DNA of 64,000 bases from Bacteroidota bacterium (lineage in GTDB: Bacteria > Bacteroidota > Bacteroidia > Bacteroidales > UBA10428): assembly GCA_016699695.1 (NCBI GenBank), contig CP065006.1, forward strand, positions 2,589,435 to 2,653,434, given 5' to 3'. Position numbers and translations under genes: made by a program. Shown one piece after another: positions 56,284 to 64,000 of the stretch; position 1 is the stretch's first letter, and each line of letters begins with the position of its first letter. The notes under the pieces were generated by a model. It did not search any database. It saw only the letters and a list, made by a program, of their open reading frames with translations, and was not told the origin of the DNA.

Positions 56284-56799
56284 ATGTCAACTAATCGTTT
56301 ATTGTATATAGTTCGGCATGCCAAATCGAGCTGGGACCTCGAAGGTATTGCAGATATTGACAGGCCACTTAAATTGAAAGGCATACGTGATGCCTACGAA
56401 ATTGCCAGGCGAATCAAGATTGACAGGGCTGTTCCGGAACGCATTGTATCGAGCCCTGCAAACAGGGCACTGCACACGGCTTTAATCTTTTTACGTGTGT
56501 TTGAAATGAAGTTCACACAACTTGTTATCGACGAAAGGCTTTACGCAACAGGTGTAGGTGCAATTCGCAAGGTAATTTCAGATCAGCCAATAGAAGTACG
56601 TAATCTTATGATTTTTGGCCATAACCCTGATTTTTCGGACCTTGTTACCATCTTAAGTGGCCAGCCCATTGAGGAACTCCCCACTTGCGGCATGTGCCGG
56701 ATCAAATTTAAAGCCGACAATTGGAATAATATTTCGGCCGAAAAATTAATGGAAACATCATTTGAATTTCCCCGGAAGGAAGTAAATAACGAAAAATAG
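56284..56799 (+). CDS. sixA: SixA-like phosphohistidine phosphatase (histidine phosphatase superfamily)
   Basis: 171 aa with LYIVRHAKSSW (RHA catalytic motif), ...SSPANRALHTA... and ...GHNPDFSDL. Confidence 0.7.
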   Translation: MSTNRLLYIVRHAKSSWDLEGIADIDRPLKLKGIRDAYEIARRIKIDRAVPERIVSSPANRALHTALIFLRVFEMKFTQLVIDERLYATGVGAIRKVISDQPIEVRNLMIFGHNPDFSDLVTILSGQPIEELPTCGMCRIKFKADNWNNISAEKLMETSFEFPRKEVNNEK

Positions 56800-56829
56800 A
56801 GTAAACAAGAAAAATTCTGTCACATACAA

Positions 56830-58890
56830 ATGTCAAAAACCACACATATTATTAACCGTGAACTTAGCTGGTTATCCTTTAACCACAGGGTGCTGCAAGA
56901 ATCGGCCGATAAAAATGTGCCTCTAATCGAAAGACTTAGATTTCTGGGTATTTTTTCGAATAACCTCGATGAATTCTTCCGGGTTCGGGTTGCTACTATT
57001 AAGAGAATGATTGATGTGCAACAAGGTGAGCAGCGCGTGGAAGGTATCAGGCCAAAACGCCTGATGGCTATCATTCAAAAACAGGTAATTCAGCTTCAGA
57101 ATCTTTTCGAAACAACCTTTAATACCTTACTCGACGAACTGGAAGAACATCATATTTATATTATCAACGAAACTGAGCTCACCGAAACTCAACAGGTTTT
57201 TGTAAGGCAATATTTTAAAGAAAAGGTAAGGCCGGTGATTTCGCCAATTATGCTACACAATATACAGGGATTTCCTTACTTACAAGACCATTCAATTTAT
57301 CTGGCCATTAAACTTACCAATTCGGCCGATGTTTCTCAATTGGAGTATGCCCTCATTGAAATTCCGTCAGGCATTCTTCCTCGTTTTGTGCAGATGCCTG
57401 CAGATAAAGAGGGCAATTATATTATTCTTGTAGAAGATATCATTCGTTTTTCGCTCAAAGAAGTTTTTTCCATCCTTCATTTCGACACCTTCGAGGCCTG
57501 GACCATCAAGCTTACGCGTGATGCAGAACTTGATGTCGATAACGATGTGTCGCAGAGTTTTCTCGAAAAAATATCGAAAAGTTTGTTGGGTCGAAAAACC
57601 GGACAGCCTGTTCGATTTTTATTTGATGCCAGCATTGCAAAAGACCTACTCGAATTTATTATTGACCGGTTAGGCCTCGATACGGACAATAACCTTATTC
57701 CGGGTGCCAGGTATCACAATTTTAAAGATTTCATGGCTTTCCCGAATATCGGACCCAATTCACTGGTTTACTCTCGCGCTCAACCGCTAGGGCATCCCGA
57801 AGTAAAAGACTACACAAGTATTCTGGAGGTAATGCGTAAGAAGGACTTATTGCTTCATATGCCATACCAGGATTTTAATATTTTCATCTCCTTGCTTCAG
57901 GAAGCCTCCATCGATCCGAACGTGAAGGAAATATCCATTACCATTTACCGTGTAGCCCGCAATTCGAAGGTAATGAATGCCCTTGTCAATGCCTGTGAGA
58001 ATGGAAAAAAGGTAAATGTGGTAATCGAATTGCAGGCACGCTTCGACGAAGAAACCAATATTTATTGGTCGCGCAGACTGGAAGAAGTCGGGGCTAGCAT
58101 CTACTTTGGTTTTCCAAATCTAAAAGTACATGCCAAATTGGTATCTATTGCGAGGCGCGAAAATAACCGCACGGTTTATTATTCCTGCGTTAGCACAGGT
58201 AACTTTCACGAAGGAAATTCAGCTGTTTATTCCGACCTCATGCTTCTCACAGCCGATAAGAGAATTACAAGTGAAGTTAAAAAGCTATTTGAATTTTTCG
58301 AACATACTTATCGCAACCAGAGCTACAAACATTTGCTGGTATCGCCTCTTTACATGCGACGGAGGTTTTATCGGTTCATCGATAATGAAATAGCTAACGC
58401 TAAAGCTGGCAAGGATGCATACATTATTCTTAAAATTAATAACCTGGTCGACCGCGAAATCATTGAGAAACTTTACGAAGCCAACAATGCCGGGGTAAAA
58501 ATCACCTTAAATGTTCGGGGCATTTGCTCGCTAAAGCCTGGTGTGCCGGGCAAAAGTGAACATATAAAAGCAATAAGCATAATCGACCGATTTCTGGAAC
58601 ATGCCCGTATCATGGTATTTTGCAACAACCGCAATCCTATGTATTTTATCTCTTCGGCCGACTGGATGGGGCGCAACTTCGACAGGCGTATCGAAGTAGC
58701 TACCCCTATTTACGACAAAGCCCTGCAAAAAGAGATAGACGATTTGTTGGAAATACAACATAACGACAATATCAAGGCACGGGTTATCGATGAAGAGCAG
58801 CAGAATAGCTATGTCGAAACACATCCCTCTCAACACATCCGGAGTCAGTTTGCATTGTACGACTATTATCGGAACAAGCTAGAGGAGTAG
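56830..58890 (+). CDS. ppk1: polyphosphate kinase 1
   Basis: 686 aa with NRELSWLSFNHRVLQEA..., LRFLGIFSNNLDEFFRVRV and two PLD-like C-domains (KVHAKLVSI..., ...RFLEHARIMVF). Confidence 0.95.
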   Translation: MSKTTHIINRELSWLSFNHRVLQESADKNVPLIERLRFLGIFSNNLDEFFRVRVATIKRMIDVQQGEQRVEGIRPKRLMAIIQKQVIQLQNLFETTFNTLLDELEEHHIYIINETELTETQQVFVRQYFKEKVRPVISPIMLHNIQGFPYLQDHSIYLAIKLTNSADVSQLEYALIEIPSGILPRFVQMPADKEGNYIILVEDIIRFSLKEVFSILHFDTFEAWTIKLTRDAELDVDNDVSQSFLEKISKSLLGRKTGQPVRFLFDASIAKDLLEFIIDRLGLDTDNNLIPGARYHNFKDFMAFPNIGPNSLVYSRAQPLGHPEVKDYTSILEVMRKKDLLLHMPYQDFNIFISLLQEASIDPNVKEISITIYRVARNSKVMNALVNACENGKKVNVVIELQARFDEETNIYWSRRLEEVGASIYFGFPNLKVHAKLVSIARRENNRTVYYSCVSTGNFHEGNSAVYSDLMLLTADKRITSEVKKLFEFFEHTYRNQSYKHLLVSPLYMRRRFYRFIDNEIANAKAGKDAYIILKINNLVDREIIEKLYEANNAGVKITLNVRGICSLKPGVPGKSEHIKAISIIDRFLEHARIMVFCNNRNPMYFISSADWMGRNFDRRIEVATPIYDKALQKEIDDLLEIQHNDNIKARVIDEEQQNSYVETHPSQHIRSQFALYDYYRNKLEE

Positions 58891-58996
58891 CCAGTTTCTG
58901 GAATCTTGCATATTTACATCAAAAAGCTGTACGAAAAATTCAGATTTTAACAGAAAGCCTGCCGAAAGTTTTATTTTTGCGCAAACTTTATTTTCA

Positions 58997-59791
58997 ATGG
59001 ATTTTAACCTTATCCAGGACCAAACCCTTCGTCTGGTAACCTCCGTAGGCAATTACATCCGCAAAGAGCGGGAATTGTTTCAAGCATCCAGCATACAGCA
59101 AAAAGGAAATAACGATTTTGTAACCCATGTCGATAAAGCCTCTGAAGAAGAACTTGTTGCTGGTCTAGCGCAGATTATTCCCGGCAGTGGCTTTATTGCC
59201 GAAGAAGGTACAAGCAGTTACGAGGATCAGGAATATAGCTGGATAATTGATCCACTCGATGGTACTACCAATTTCATACACGGAGCCCCACCCTATTGTG
59301 TGAGCGTGGGTTTACGCAAAGGCAAAAACCTTATCGGAGGCGTTGTTTACGAAATTGCTGCCGATGAATGCTTTTATGCCTTTAACAATTCAAAAGCCTT
59401 TTTAAATGGCCGCGAAATACAAGTGAGTTCTTGTGCCAAAGTGAAAGATGCCCTAATTGCTACTGGCTTTCCCTATGCCAGCTTCGGTCTGCTCGATCGT
59501 TTTATGCATACCCTCGAGTTTTTCTTTCATCATTCGCACGGTGTGCGTCGCCTCGGATCGGCTGCTGCCGACCTGGCCTATGTGGCCTGCGGGCGTTACG
59601 ATGCCTTTTACGAGTATAATCTCAAAGCCTGGGATGTGGCTGCAGGAGCTTACATTGTACAACAGGCAGGTGGGAAGGTCTCTGATTTTTCGAAGGGCAA
59701 TGATTTTTTATTCGGAAAAGAGCTGATAGCTTCCAATGCCCTGATATGGGAAGAACTTTCCGACAATTTGAACAGAATGATGAAACAATAA
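58997..59791 (+). CDS. inositol monophosphatase family protein (SuhB-like)
   Basis: 264 aa with FIAEEG..., WIIDPLDGTTNF and RRLGSAAADLAYVACGRYDAF... motifs. Confidence 0.85.
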   Translation: MDFNLIQDQTLRLVTSVGNYIRKERELFQASSIQQKGNNDFVTHVDKASEEELVAGLAQIIPGSGFIAEEGTSSYEDQEYSWIIDPLDGTTNFIHGAPPYCVSVGLRKGKNLIGGVVYEIAADECFYAFNNSKAFLNGREIQVSSCAKVKDALIATGFPYASFGLLDRFMHTLEFFFHHSHGVRRLGSAAADLAYVACGRYDAFYEYNLKAWDVAAGAYIVQQAGGKVSDFSKGNDFLFGKELIASNALIWEELSDNLNRMMKQ

Positions 59792-59803
59792 AGCCATTCT
59801 TCC

Positions 59804-60709
59804 ATGCTTACTTTTAAAGATAAAATTATTCTTTCTCCATTATGGCTGTTGGGTAGTTTGCCGCTTTGGATGCTGCAGGCCTTCGCCTGGGTATTACATT
59901 GGCTGATTTGGCATGTGTTAAAGTACCGCAAAAAGGTAGTGCTAAGAAATTTAAGAAATGCCTTCCCGGAGAAAACAGAATCTGAAATTGTTAAAATTGC
60001 AAAACGCTTTTATCTCCACTTGTGCGATATTTTTATGGAAAGCATTTATCGCATGTCGGCAACCGAGGCTCAAAAAAGGTATGTTTTTGAACAAGTTGAA
60101 GTATATCATAAACTATTTGAGAAAGGAAAAGACCTTATAATCATGATGGGCCATTATGCCAATTGGGAATGGACAGGAAGTGCCTGGAACCAGGTTCCCT
60201 ACCGAACAATCGGTGTTTACAAACCCTTAATGAATAAAACATTCGATCGGTATTTTATTTTTATGCGCACACGCTTTGGTAGCCAGGCGGTGCCACTACG
60301 TAATACTTTTAAAGAGGCTGTCGGATGCAGGCAAAACAACGATCGTTTTGCTCTTCTGCTCGTTGGAGATCAACGGCCCACTCCAGCAGAAATTAAACTC
60401 TGGCTGACTTTTATGAACCAGGATACACCAATAATTCTCGGTCCGGAAAAAATGGCTCAGAAATTCGATACAGCAGTAATCTACCTTCAGGTAGTTCCTG
60501 TAAAAAGGGGTTATTATCGTGTTTTTCCTGTTTTAATTACTGAAAACGCATCAAAAACTGCAGAGAATGAAGTGTCAACTCTTTTTTACTCCGTTCTCGA
60601 AAACCAAATAAAATCTCAGCCGGAATATTATCTTTGGTCCCATAAGCGTTGGAAATATACCAAAGCAGATGTAGAGAAGATTATGGAGAGGGCACGCGGT
60701 AAAAAATAA
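59804..60709 (+). CDS. lipid A biosynthesis (LpxL/HtrB-type) acyltransferase
   Basis: 301 aa with an N-terminal TM segment and the HYANWEW (HX4-type) acyltransferase motif. Confidence 0.8.
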   Translation: MLTFKDKIILSPLWLLGSLPLWMLQAFAWVLHWLIWHVLKYRKKVVLRNLRNAFPEKTESEIVKIAKRFYLHLCDIFMESIYRMSATEAQKRYVFEQVEVYHKLFEKGKDLIIMMGHYANWEWTGSAWNQVPYRTIGVYKPLMNKTFDRYFIFMRTRFGSQAVPLRNTFKEAVGCRQNNDRFALLLVGDQRPTPAEIKLWLTFMNQDTPIILGPEKMAQKFDTAVIYLQVVPVKRGYYRVFPVLITENASKTAENEVSTLFYSVLENQIKSQPEYYLWSHKRWKYTKADVEKIMERARGKK

Positions 60710-60733
60710 ATTATTATCTCAGAACAATACCCG

Positions 60734-61762
60734 ATGGATAAACTCTCGGTAGTCATACTCAACTGGAACGGCATAAATTTTCTTAAAAAGTTTCTGCCTT
60801 CGCTTATTCAGCATACTATGGCCCCTGGTATCAGCCTTGTGGTGGCAGATAACAACTCCAGCGACCAATCAGTAGAATTTCTTGTGAGCAATTATCCGAA
60901 TATCAGGCTTATTCAACTCGATGAGAATTTTGGTTATGCCGGAGGTTACAACAAGGCTCTTGAGCAGATCGAAAGCGAGTATTTTGTGTTGCTAAACTCC
61001 GATGTGGAGGTTACCAAAAATTGGTATCAGCCTGTTCTGGAATTTATGGACCAGCACCCTCAGGTAGCTGCTGCTATGCCAAAAATACTTTCCTACGATC
61101 ATACCAGTCATTTCGAGTATGCCGGGGCAGCTGGAGGCTACATCGACCGCTTTGGTTTTCCTTTTTGCCGTGGTCGTATTTTAAGTAATATTGAAGAGGA
61201 CCATGGTCAGTATGATGCTCCAATAGAGATATTCTGGGCCTCGGGAGCTTGTATGTTTGTAAGATCAGCGGCTTATCATGAAGCCGGCGGTCTCGATGCC
61301 GATTTTTTTGCGCACATGGAAGAAATCGATCTCTGCTGGCGGCTTAAACGACTGGGTTATTCGGTATTTGCCCTTCCGGTTTCTAAGGTGTATCATGTAG
61401 GTGGAGGTACACTGCCCAATAACAATCCGCGGAAGTTGTATTTTAACTACCGTAACAGTTTGTACCTGCTACAGAAAAATCTTCCCCGCCGCAAACTTAT
61501 ACCGATACTTATTATGCGAATGATGCTCGATGGGGCTTCGTCACTGGTATACCTCTCGAAATTCTCATTCAGCTTTTTTTGGGCTGTTTTTAGGGCGCAT
61601 GTAAGGTTTTACCTGAGTGCCTATTCCAACCACAAAAAAAGAGTAGCCTTTGATAAAAAGGAAAAAGTATCTGGTGTAGGACAAATTTTCCAAGGCAGTA
61701 TGGTTTTTACATTTATTGTGCGCAAAAAACATACTTTCGGCTACTATCAACAGAACTTGTAG
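60734..61762 (+). CDS. family 2 glycosyltransferase
   Basis: 342 aa with LSVVILNWNG...VVADNNSSD...LLNSDVEV...GACMFVR. Confidence 0.8.
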   Translation: MDKLSVVILNWNGINFLKKFLPSLIQHTMAPGISLVVADNNSSDQSVEFLVSNYPNIRLIQLDENFGYAGGYNKALEQIESEYFVLLNSDVEVTKNWYQPVLEFMDQHPQVAAAMPKILSYDHTSHFEYAGAAGGYIDRFGFPFCRGRILSNIEEDHGQYDAPIEIFWASGACMFVRSAAYHEAGGLDADFFAHMEEIDLCWRLKRLGYSVFALPVSKVYHVGGGTLPNNNPRKLYFNYRNSLYLLQKNLPRRKLIPILIMRMMLDGASSLVYLSKFSFSFFWAVFRAHVRFYLSAYSNHKKRVAFDKKEKVSGVGQIFQGSMVFTFIVRKKHTFGYYQQNL

Positions 61763-61763
61763 G

Positions 61764-62402
61764 CTATTCTTCGCGGTGTTTCACAAAATAGGCAACTTTC
61801 TCTAACGAGGTAATCATATCGTATTCTTCGAGGTAAATGTCTTTCTCGAGGTTCAGATTTACTGTTGTGAAATTCAGAAGGCCTTTTATGCCGGTGCTTA
61901 CCAATACCTTAGCCATGTCTCGTGCCGATTGGGTGGGTACCGTGAGTATAGCAATGGAGATGTCTTTCATTGCAATTATTTCCCTCAGACGGTCTATCGA
62001 ATAACAGGGTATGTTGTTGACCGATATCCCAATTTTTTTGGGGTCGATGTCGAAAGCTGCCACCAGGTTCAGTTGAGGACGATTTCCAAGAAAATAGGTG
62101 GTTATTGCCTTGCCAAGATTACCATATCCTACTACTGCCACATTTAATGGATCCTGGGTGTCAATAATCCGGCTTATTACCTCAATTAGTTCATCAACTT
62201 TATAACCTTTTCGCTGGCTCGACGAATAACCTATAAACATGATATCGCGTCTTACCTGAACAGCAGTAATATTAAGTAGGTTTGCCAGTTCATGCGAATA
62301 GATCCGGGTCTTTCCATTGTTTAAACAGTTGTAAAGAGCCCGGCGGTATTGACTTAGCCGTTCTACTGTTTTTTCGGGTAATTTTTTCATCCAGGTATGC
62401 AC
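61764..62402 (-). CDS. rex: redox-sensing transcriptional repressor Rex
   Basis: 212 aa with an N-terminal winged helix (TVERLSQYRRALYNC...IYSHELANLLNITAVQVRRDI) and a Rossmann fold (VAVVGYGNLGKA). Confidence 0.9.
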   Translation of the reverse strand: MHTWMKKLPEKTVERLSQYRRALYNCLNNGKTRIYSHELANLLNITAVQVRRDIMFIGYSSSQRKGYKVDELIEVISRIIDTQDPLNVAVVGYGNLGKAITTYFLGNRPQLNLVAAFDIDPKKIGISVNNIPCYSIDRLREIIAMKDISIAILTVPTQSARDMAKVLVSTGIKGLLNFTTVNLNLEKDIYLEEYDMITSLEKVAYFVKHREE

Positions 62403-62451
62403 AATGGTATTTCACAAAAATAAGAATTATCATTCACTCATTGATAGTATA

Positions 62452-62469
62452 TTGTTATTTTCATAACAA
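62452..62469. promoter_or_regulatory. candidate Rex operator: perfect palindrome TTGTTAT-TTTC-ATAACAA
   Basis: This is a 7-4-7 inverted repeat with the same architecture as the Rex box consensus TTGTGAA-N4-TTCACAA. It lies in the rex / [2Fe-2S] divergent intergenic region, 39 nt upstream of 62508. Confidence 0.6.
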
Positions 62470-62507
62470 AATGTGGAAGCCGGATTTTTTTATTAATTTA
62501 ACCTAAA

Positions 62508-62771
62508 ATGAATTTTATGATCAATAAAATTCCAATAAAAATCTGTTTGGGTAGTTCCTGCTTCTCCCGCGGTAATCACGAGCTTGTAGCCGTAATTAGG
62601 CGTTACCTCATGGCTAAAAAACTAGAGGATAAAATATCGTTTAGTGGCGATCATTGTACGAAAGAGTGTCTCAAAGGCCCTAATATACAAGTAGGAGGAA
62701 AAGTGATTCATGGAATTAACAAGGATAATGTGTGCGAGATTCTGGATACTAACCTGAAAGATCTTTTATAA
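62508..62771 (+). CDS. thioredoxin-like [2Fe-2S] ferredoxin (NuoE/HydC-like fold)
   Basis: 87 aa with Cys spacing CLGSSC ...(32 aa)... CTKEC, that is C-x4-C ... C-x3-C. Confidence 0.75.
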   Translation: MNFMINKIPIKICLGSSCFSRGNHELVAVIRRYLMAKKLEDKISFSGDHCTKECLKGPNIQVGGKVIHGINKDNVCEILDTNLKDLL

Positions 62772-62774
62772 ATT

Positions 62775-64000
62775 ATGGCTGCTACTCCCCTTGTATTAAT
62801 CGATCCAAAAAAGTGCACCAATTGCTACACATGCGTGCGCATATGCCCGGTGAAAGCAATTCGTGCCGATGTCGATAAGCCATCGCCTATTATCCAAAAT
62901 AAACAATGCATAGGTTGTGGCGATTGTATTACTACCTGCGTACCAAAAGCAATTTCGTACCGGAGTTCCATTGAAAGTGCCAGGCTGGTGCTAAAAACCA
63001 AGGGAATTAAAGTAGCTATCGTATCCCCCAGTATTTGTGCCGAGTTTCATGATGTTTCGGATTACAGAAAGTTTGTGCAAATGATTAAATCCATGGGCAT
63101 TAACTATGTGAATGAAGTTTCTTTTGGGGTGGATTTACTGGCCTATAAATACCTCAATTTGTTTAGCGATTTTAAAGGACGGTATTATATTTCATCCTGC
63201 GACCCGGTAGTAGTAGCCTTCGTTGAGAAATACCATCCAAACCTGGTGAGTAATCTGGCTCCTTTTGTTCCACCCATGATTGCTACAGCCAAGGTAGTTC
63301 GAAAAAAATACGGAAACGATATTCAGGTAATTTACATTGGTCCCGACATTGCCAGCAAAGATGTAGCCTTGCAATCGCCACCCGATGGTAAGGTAGATGT
63401 GGTGTTAACATTTCCAGAATTGCGTCAACTTTTCGACGATATGAAAATTGCCGAACGTACAGTAGAATTTTCCGAGTTCGATGGCCCAATTGGCTATAAA
63501 GGTAGTTTGTATCCTATACGCAATGGATTTCTCCAAGCTGCCGATATCGACGAGAATCTGCTCACAGGAGAAGTAGCTGCTGTGGAAGGGAAGAAAGAGA
63601 TGCTCGAGTCAATCGATGAGTTCGAAGAGAATGTGAATGTTATACACAAGCATATTCACGTTACTTATGGAAATTCGCTCTCCGGGCCAGGTATTACAGG
63701 AAGAGGCAACAAGCTGTTTAAAGAGCACTTAGTGATTAAATATGCCAATAAGCGGCTCACAAATTTTTTTCGATCAGAGTGGTATGATAACCTTCAGACT
63801 TACCTCTCACTCGATTTAAGCAGAGAATTCAAACCAAACAACCAGCGCATACCGGAACCACCTGAAGAGGCTATTCAAAAAACCCTAGAATCGATGGGTT
63901 GGAAGCAGAATCCAAATATTAATTGCGGACAATGTGGCTATTCCACCTGCCAGGAGTTTGTTTTAAACCTGACCAAAGGCATTGTCATTCCTGAAATGTG
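62775..64000 (+). CDS. [FeFe]-hydrogenase-like protein (2x[4Fe-4S] + Fe_hyd_lg_C-like domain + CGxCGxxxC Fe-S motif), 3' end beyond window
   Basis: Not in the track because it is open to the window end. My translation is MAATPLVLIDPKKCTNCYTCVRICPVKAI...CIGCGDCITTCVPKAI...VAIVSPSICAEF...GRYYISSCDPVVVAFVEKYHPNL...VIYIGPDIASKDVAL...VDVVLTFPELRQLF...IHVTYGNSLSGPGITGRG...NCGQCGYSTCQEF... Confidence 0.8.
   Translation, partial: MAATPLVLIDPKKCTNCYTCVRICPVKAIRADVDKPSPIIQNKQCIGCGDCITTCVPKAISYRSSIESARLVLKTKGIKVAIVSPSICAEFHDVSDYRKFVQMIKSMGINYVNEVSFGVDLLAYKYLNLFSDFKGRYYISSCDPVVVAFVEKYHPNLVSNLAPFVPPMIATAKVVRKKYGNDIQVIYIGPDIASKDVALQSPPDGKVDVVLTFPELRQLFDDMKIAERTVEFSEFDGPIGYKGSLYPIRNGFLQAADIDENLLTGEVAAVEGKKEMLESIDEFEENVNVIHKHIHVTYGNSLSGPGITGRGNKLFKEHLVIKYANKRLTNFFRSEWYDNLQTYLSLDLSREFKPNNQRIPEPPEEAIQKTLESMGWKQNPNINCGQCGYSTCQEFVLNLTKGIVIPEM

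Noticed and set aside
61760-61766. Convergent GT2 and rex stop codons only 1 nt apart with no terminator
   Set aside because: It is unusual-looking, but compact convergent gene ends are common. Nothing in the sequence suggests a functional element.
62405-62420. TTCACAA half-site next to the rex start codon as a second Rex box
   Set aside because: No complementary TTGTGAA half sits at the required spacing; the upstream partner reads TGCACAA. It is probably fortuitous.
1-64000. Scan for CRISPR arrays, rRNA, tmRNA/RNase P-like RNAs, prophage or recognisable defence operons
   Set aside because: I saw no regularly spaced direct repeats, no cas-like ORFs and no other tRNA-like TPsiC/acceptor signatures besides tRNA-Val. 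I also found no clustered nuclease, ATPase or methylase modules. This was a visual search, so short or degenerate elements could be missed.

Overview
The window reads as a Bacteroidota chromosome segment, probably from an anaerobic Bacteroidia-type organism. Supporting signs are TAnnTTTG-type promoters, a T9SS C-terminal sorting domain, a hybrid two-component AraC sensor, DUF4249, DUF1573 and GWxTD proteins, and Rex. Most of it is conserved housekeeping sequence. This includes the purH-mreBCD-mrdA-rodA block, mgtE and ksgA, and rRNA methyltransferases rsmI, rlmB and rlmD. It also includes tdk, a fused murF-like/alr gene, LPS-core glycosyltransferases, folC, a PIN-PhoH/sixA/ppk1 operon, suhB-like, lpxL-like and rmuC. 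Accessory or unusual material is interspersed. (1) An IS1182/IS5-like element sits exactly in the apex of the terminator hairpin of a small ferredoxin gene, with an 8-bp target duplication. (2) A second Zn-ribbon/DDE IS has a transposase broken at two homopolymer runs, next to a free-standing NUMOD4-HNH endonuclease gene. (3) A visibly AT-rich ~8-kb block abuts the 3' end of tRNA-Val(TAC). It carries an S41 peptidase plus a decayed paralog, an esterase-MBL-cadherin-like-T9SS fusion protein and an orphan hybrid sensor. (4) At the right edge lies a divergent rex locus with a perfect Rex-type palindrome, a thioredoxin-like [2Fe-2S] protein and an [FeFe]-hydrogenase-like protein. By my manual alignment that last protein has lost the canonical H-cluster cysteine ligands; I rank it as the best candidate for something undescribed. 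I saw no CRISPR array, rRNA, prophage or recognisable defence system. All calls come from reading the sequence and the ORF translations by eye, with no database search and no computed statistics.
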